This document shows, piece after piece, positions 63,136 through 64,000 of a stretch of DNA of 64,000 bases (position 1 is the first letter of the stretch; each line of letters opens with the position of its first letter). The notes beneath the pieces were generated by a model. It saw only the letters and a list, made by a program, of their open reading frames with translations, was not told the origin of the DNA and ran no database searches. Made by a program: the position numbers and the translations under genes. The DNA is from Scyliorhinus canicula (taxonomy: Eukaryota). The stretch lies in contig NC_052154.1 of NCBI RefSeq assembly GCF_902713615.1, forward strand, positions 15,935,784 to 15,999,783, in the 5' to 3' direction.

Positions 63136-63517
63136 GCTTTATATAGCAAGCTCACCCAATCTGCAAGCGCCTGCCCAAACCCAAATCATCCCAGCATCTC
63201 TAAGAGGTAGGCCCACTCAACTCGGTCAAATGCTTTCTCTGCAACCATAGACATTGTTACCTCCATTTCATGAACCCCAATGGCATCATGATCATGTTCA
63301 ACGACCTTGTCATGTTAGCCAACAACTGCCACCCCTCACAAAACCCATTTGGTCCTCACCTATCACCCCCGGCAGACAGCCCTCTGTGCGCATTGCCAGA
63401 ACCTTAGCCAATGGCCTTGCATCAACATTCAGCAACGATATTGGGCGGTACGATCCTCATTCCTCTGGGTTCCTGTCCTTCTTTAAAATAAGTGGAAGCC
63501 TGAGTCAGTGCGATGAG

Positions 63518-63684
63518 GGGCTGGATTCTCTGCCGGCGGGATGCTCCGTTTTGCCGGCAGCCGGGAGGTTTCCCGACAGCTTGCGGCTGCCCCACAATGG
63601 GAAACCCCATTGACCAGCCGGTGTAACGGAGCATCCCGCCGGTGGGGTGAAATAGAAATGTGGCTCGGCGGGGCAGAGAATCCA
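63518..63684. mobile_element. GC-rich MITE
   Basis: Terminal inverted repeat ctggattctctgcc / ggcagagaatccag plus internal ggcgggatgctccgtt / aacggagcatcccgcc. Confidence 0.7.
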
Positions 63685-64000
63685 GGTGGTGATCAGGGGG
63701 GAGTTTATTTTGATCCGGACGGACAGGGAGAAAGTGGAATGGGTGGAAAGGCAAAGACTGGCGGAGGCCATTCTGCAAGTGGATCAGAGGTACACGGCTG
63801 CCCCTGAGGAAGGGTTGTTGAAGGGTTGCCCACCGACTCATTATACATCTCCACTAATAGAGTTCCAATTCCATGCCAAACCTTTTACAGAGCTCCACTG
63901 GGAACCCGTCCGGAACCGGGAAGTCCTGGCCATCCAAAAACTGCCTCATGTCCTCATCCCCCACCGGAGGCTCCGAACTATACAGTCCCTGATAAAAGGC

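Larger units (their letters stand above)
61330..64000 (-). mobile_element. Decayed L1/Tx1-clade LINE ORF2 (runs off the window)
   Basis: RGMRQGCP, IEPLA, YTDDLLL, FRYLGI, QFKMVHRAH motifs; interrupted by a SINE and a MITE. Confidence 0.85.

Noticed and set aside
896-63210. Recurrent short ORFs such as GFPPGAPVSSHSPKMCRLGG and WPIHLTCTSLDCG
   Set aside because: Translations of the same SINE family, not a protein family.

Overview
Repeat-rich eukaryotic (vertebrate) genomic DNA. The repeat repertoire (HE1/V-SINE-like tRNA SINEs, DeuSINE-like fragments, esterase-ORF1 CR1 LINEs, Penelope) and the long poly-G/poly-C runs suggest a cartilaginous fish (inference). Two apparently intact single-exon host genes lie on the + strand: an intronless MPLKIP/TTDN1 (10515-11087) behind an ETS-CRE CpG-island promoter, and a glycogen-targeting PP1 subunit, most likely PPP1R3E (46652-47590), whose start codon region is triplicated. 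The rest is nested mobile DNA: a decayed full-length Gypsy element (608-6168), many CR1 copies, Penelope, RTE and L1/Tx1 fragments, a hAT MITE, a solo LTR and about 25 SINEs. The most unusual structures are: (1) a 1055-bp retrovirus-like LTR+PBS+leader closed by an inverted 51-bp copy of its own U3 end, with a perfect 5-bp TSD; (2) a 1-kb SINE-plus-unique-DNA insertion with a TSD inside the Gypsy 3' LTR (candidate 5' transduction); (3) a Gypsy leader with no tRNA PBS but with complementarity to its own LTR; (4) a candidate alternative terminal exon that would swap the PPP1R3E C-terminus. Family assignments come from motif recognition only, and TE boundaries without TSD support are approximate.
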